Below are positions 62,545 through 64,000 of a stretch of DNA of 64,000 bases, in pieces (the first letter of the stretch is position 1; each line of letters begins with the position of its first letter). The notes beneath the pieces were generated by a model that did no database searches, was not told the origin of the DNA, and was given only the letters and a program-made list of their open reading frames with translations. Source of the stretch: Paragordius varius. Its lineage: Eukaryota; Animalia; Nematomorpha. Both the position numbers and the translations under genes were made by a program. Location: contig OZ176052.1 of assembly GCA_964247055.1 (NCBI GenBank), positions 7,254,001-7,318,000 of the forward strand. Direction: 5' to 3'.

Positions 62545-63688
62545 TAAGGGGTAGTCATAAGTGTTTACCGGTTTTTTGATAAAATCATGTAAGGAAACTA
62601 ATTATTTAGTTAATACAAAACATCGAACGGCTTCTACATATTTGTCCCATCTCTCAGCTAATATATATAAAAGTGTCGTGCCAGAAAAACCGATTGACTT
62701 TTGCGGTAAACCATATGTCAAACCACTTTCTAACTTCCTCAAAATTCCTGAAGAGCTGCTCTGCGAGGGTGCTTCATTGATGGTTGTATTAGTCAGACGC
62801 TGGGTCAGAAAACGGGTGCGAAATTTCCCATTTTCAAGGTGTCTTTCACTGGTTTTTTTGTGTTAGGCTGCATTGTCAGTAGCAAATTTGCCATGTCTTC
62901 TGGTCTATTCCGGTCATTATTCGATTAATCACGGATTAATCAGTCCTTTGTTGGCGATAGTGTGTGTATTAACGGTTACACCAGATTAAAGTTTAACTAA
63001 ATAGTATCTCTCTGTTCCCGCCAGACACAGAGCACGGTTTTTTTCCAGGAGGGATTTGGCATTGGTGACGCTTGGCAAGGGCCACGATTTATACGACTTT
63101 AATATACAATTAAAGTCATTTCTCATCACCCGTCAAAATCCGAAATGATTTTTCGTGACGCTGAAGCAGGACTTCATAAGACATTTTGCGATTTTAGATT
63201 TGACGTTAATCATAATTGCGAGGACCCATTTACTGATTTTATAGGTCTTTGCCCATTGCGCTTAGACATCTATTGATTGTTTTTTGTGGTGCATGTATGC
63301 TACTTGATTGTTATTAAGTGTAAGTTGGGTCATCTAATAATTCTAGCACTTTAGCGTCTTCGCAGTTGTGTGATTCAGCAGAACGTCCACATGCTTACGC
63401 ATGAAACCATACGTGTTAATAGGTAGAGCATGTCATATGCTTTTGCCAATAAACCATACTTTTAATAGCCTTTTCTTTTAAAAGCAACGCGTGCCGCAAA
63501 TGTTCTTTTGCAGGCTTAATATTTAACATAATTTAATGATAACAATAAGATGCCAGTTTTTGTCGCACTCTTGTATGTGTTGTTGTTTATTGTCAGATGA
63601 ACAAAATGGGGTCTTTCACAAATTAATAGTCTGCGAATTCGCTGATGTCATCTGTTAGTAAAATCGGTAATAACAATGACTACACCTA
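62545..63688 (-). mobile_element. Decayed near full-length mariner transposon with both TIRs
   Basis: TIRs TAAGGGGTAGTCAT..TTACCGGTTT and (rc) TTAGGTGTAGTCAT..TTACCGATTT; minus translation MLNIKPAKEHLRHALL and EVLLQRHEKSFRILTGDEK (first catalytic D motif); homologous to 47320-48368. Confidence 0.83.
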
Positions 63689-64000
63689 AGCAAGCAAATT
63701 AATATTTCATAATACACACAACAAAATTCAGGTCATAAATCCCAAATAATAATTTGATATTTTACGTTTTTTGGAGGCCATTGGATTATATAAGAGCCGA
63801 GGTTTGGTGATAACTTTTTAAATTATGACATCAAAATAGATTATCTAATAAACATACATGCTTTCAATCAAAATAAATGCAAAATTTTGTTCTTCGCTAG
63901 AAAAGCATTAATATATTATGACACTATCAAAGATAATGCTGACTATTCTAATCAGATTTTATAATTAAAGATATTAAAGTTTGGGAAGCGAAAACAAAAG

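Overview
Strongly AT-rich, intron-containing eukaryotic (invertebrate metazoan, probably protostome) genomic DNA. I hand-built five multi-exon genes, each checked for GT-AG boundaries and phase continuity: a group I PAK kinase (+, 3050-11683, 14 exons, ~1033 aa), an ACP6-like histidine acid phosphatase (-, 14542-19268, ~459 aa), a MAP7/ensconsin-like protein (+, ~25869-35630, ~1470 aa), an LRR type I transmembrane protein (-, 36393 to at least 43325, 5' end unresolved) and a NIM1K-like kinase ending in a CaaX box (-, 49021-60454, ~1112 aa). Introns and intergenic DNA hold many non-autonomous or decayed DNA transposons (three hAT families, a TTAA-specific piggyBac-like family, Mos1-like mariner relics), a probable LINE fragment, minisatellites and (TA)n tracts. 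I found no rRNA, tRNA, CRISPR array or prokaryotic system, and I cannot demonstrate a wholly new biological system. The best leads are: very degenerate 5' splice sites across the window; ~90 and ~120 aa insertions inside both kinase catalytic domains; a hAT copy that keeps a BED-finger transposase remnant and links a MITE family to its parent; a 2.1 kb composite hAT element with a perfect 8-bp TSD ending 85 bp before the putative MAP7 start; and a 21-bp intronic repeat recurring upstream of 3' splice sites. All family assignments come from remembered motifs, not database searches.
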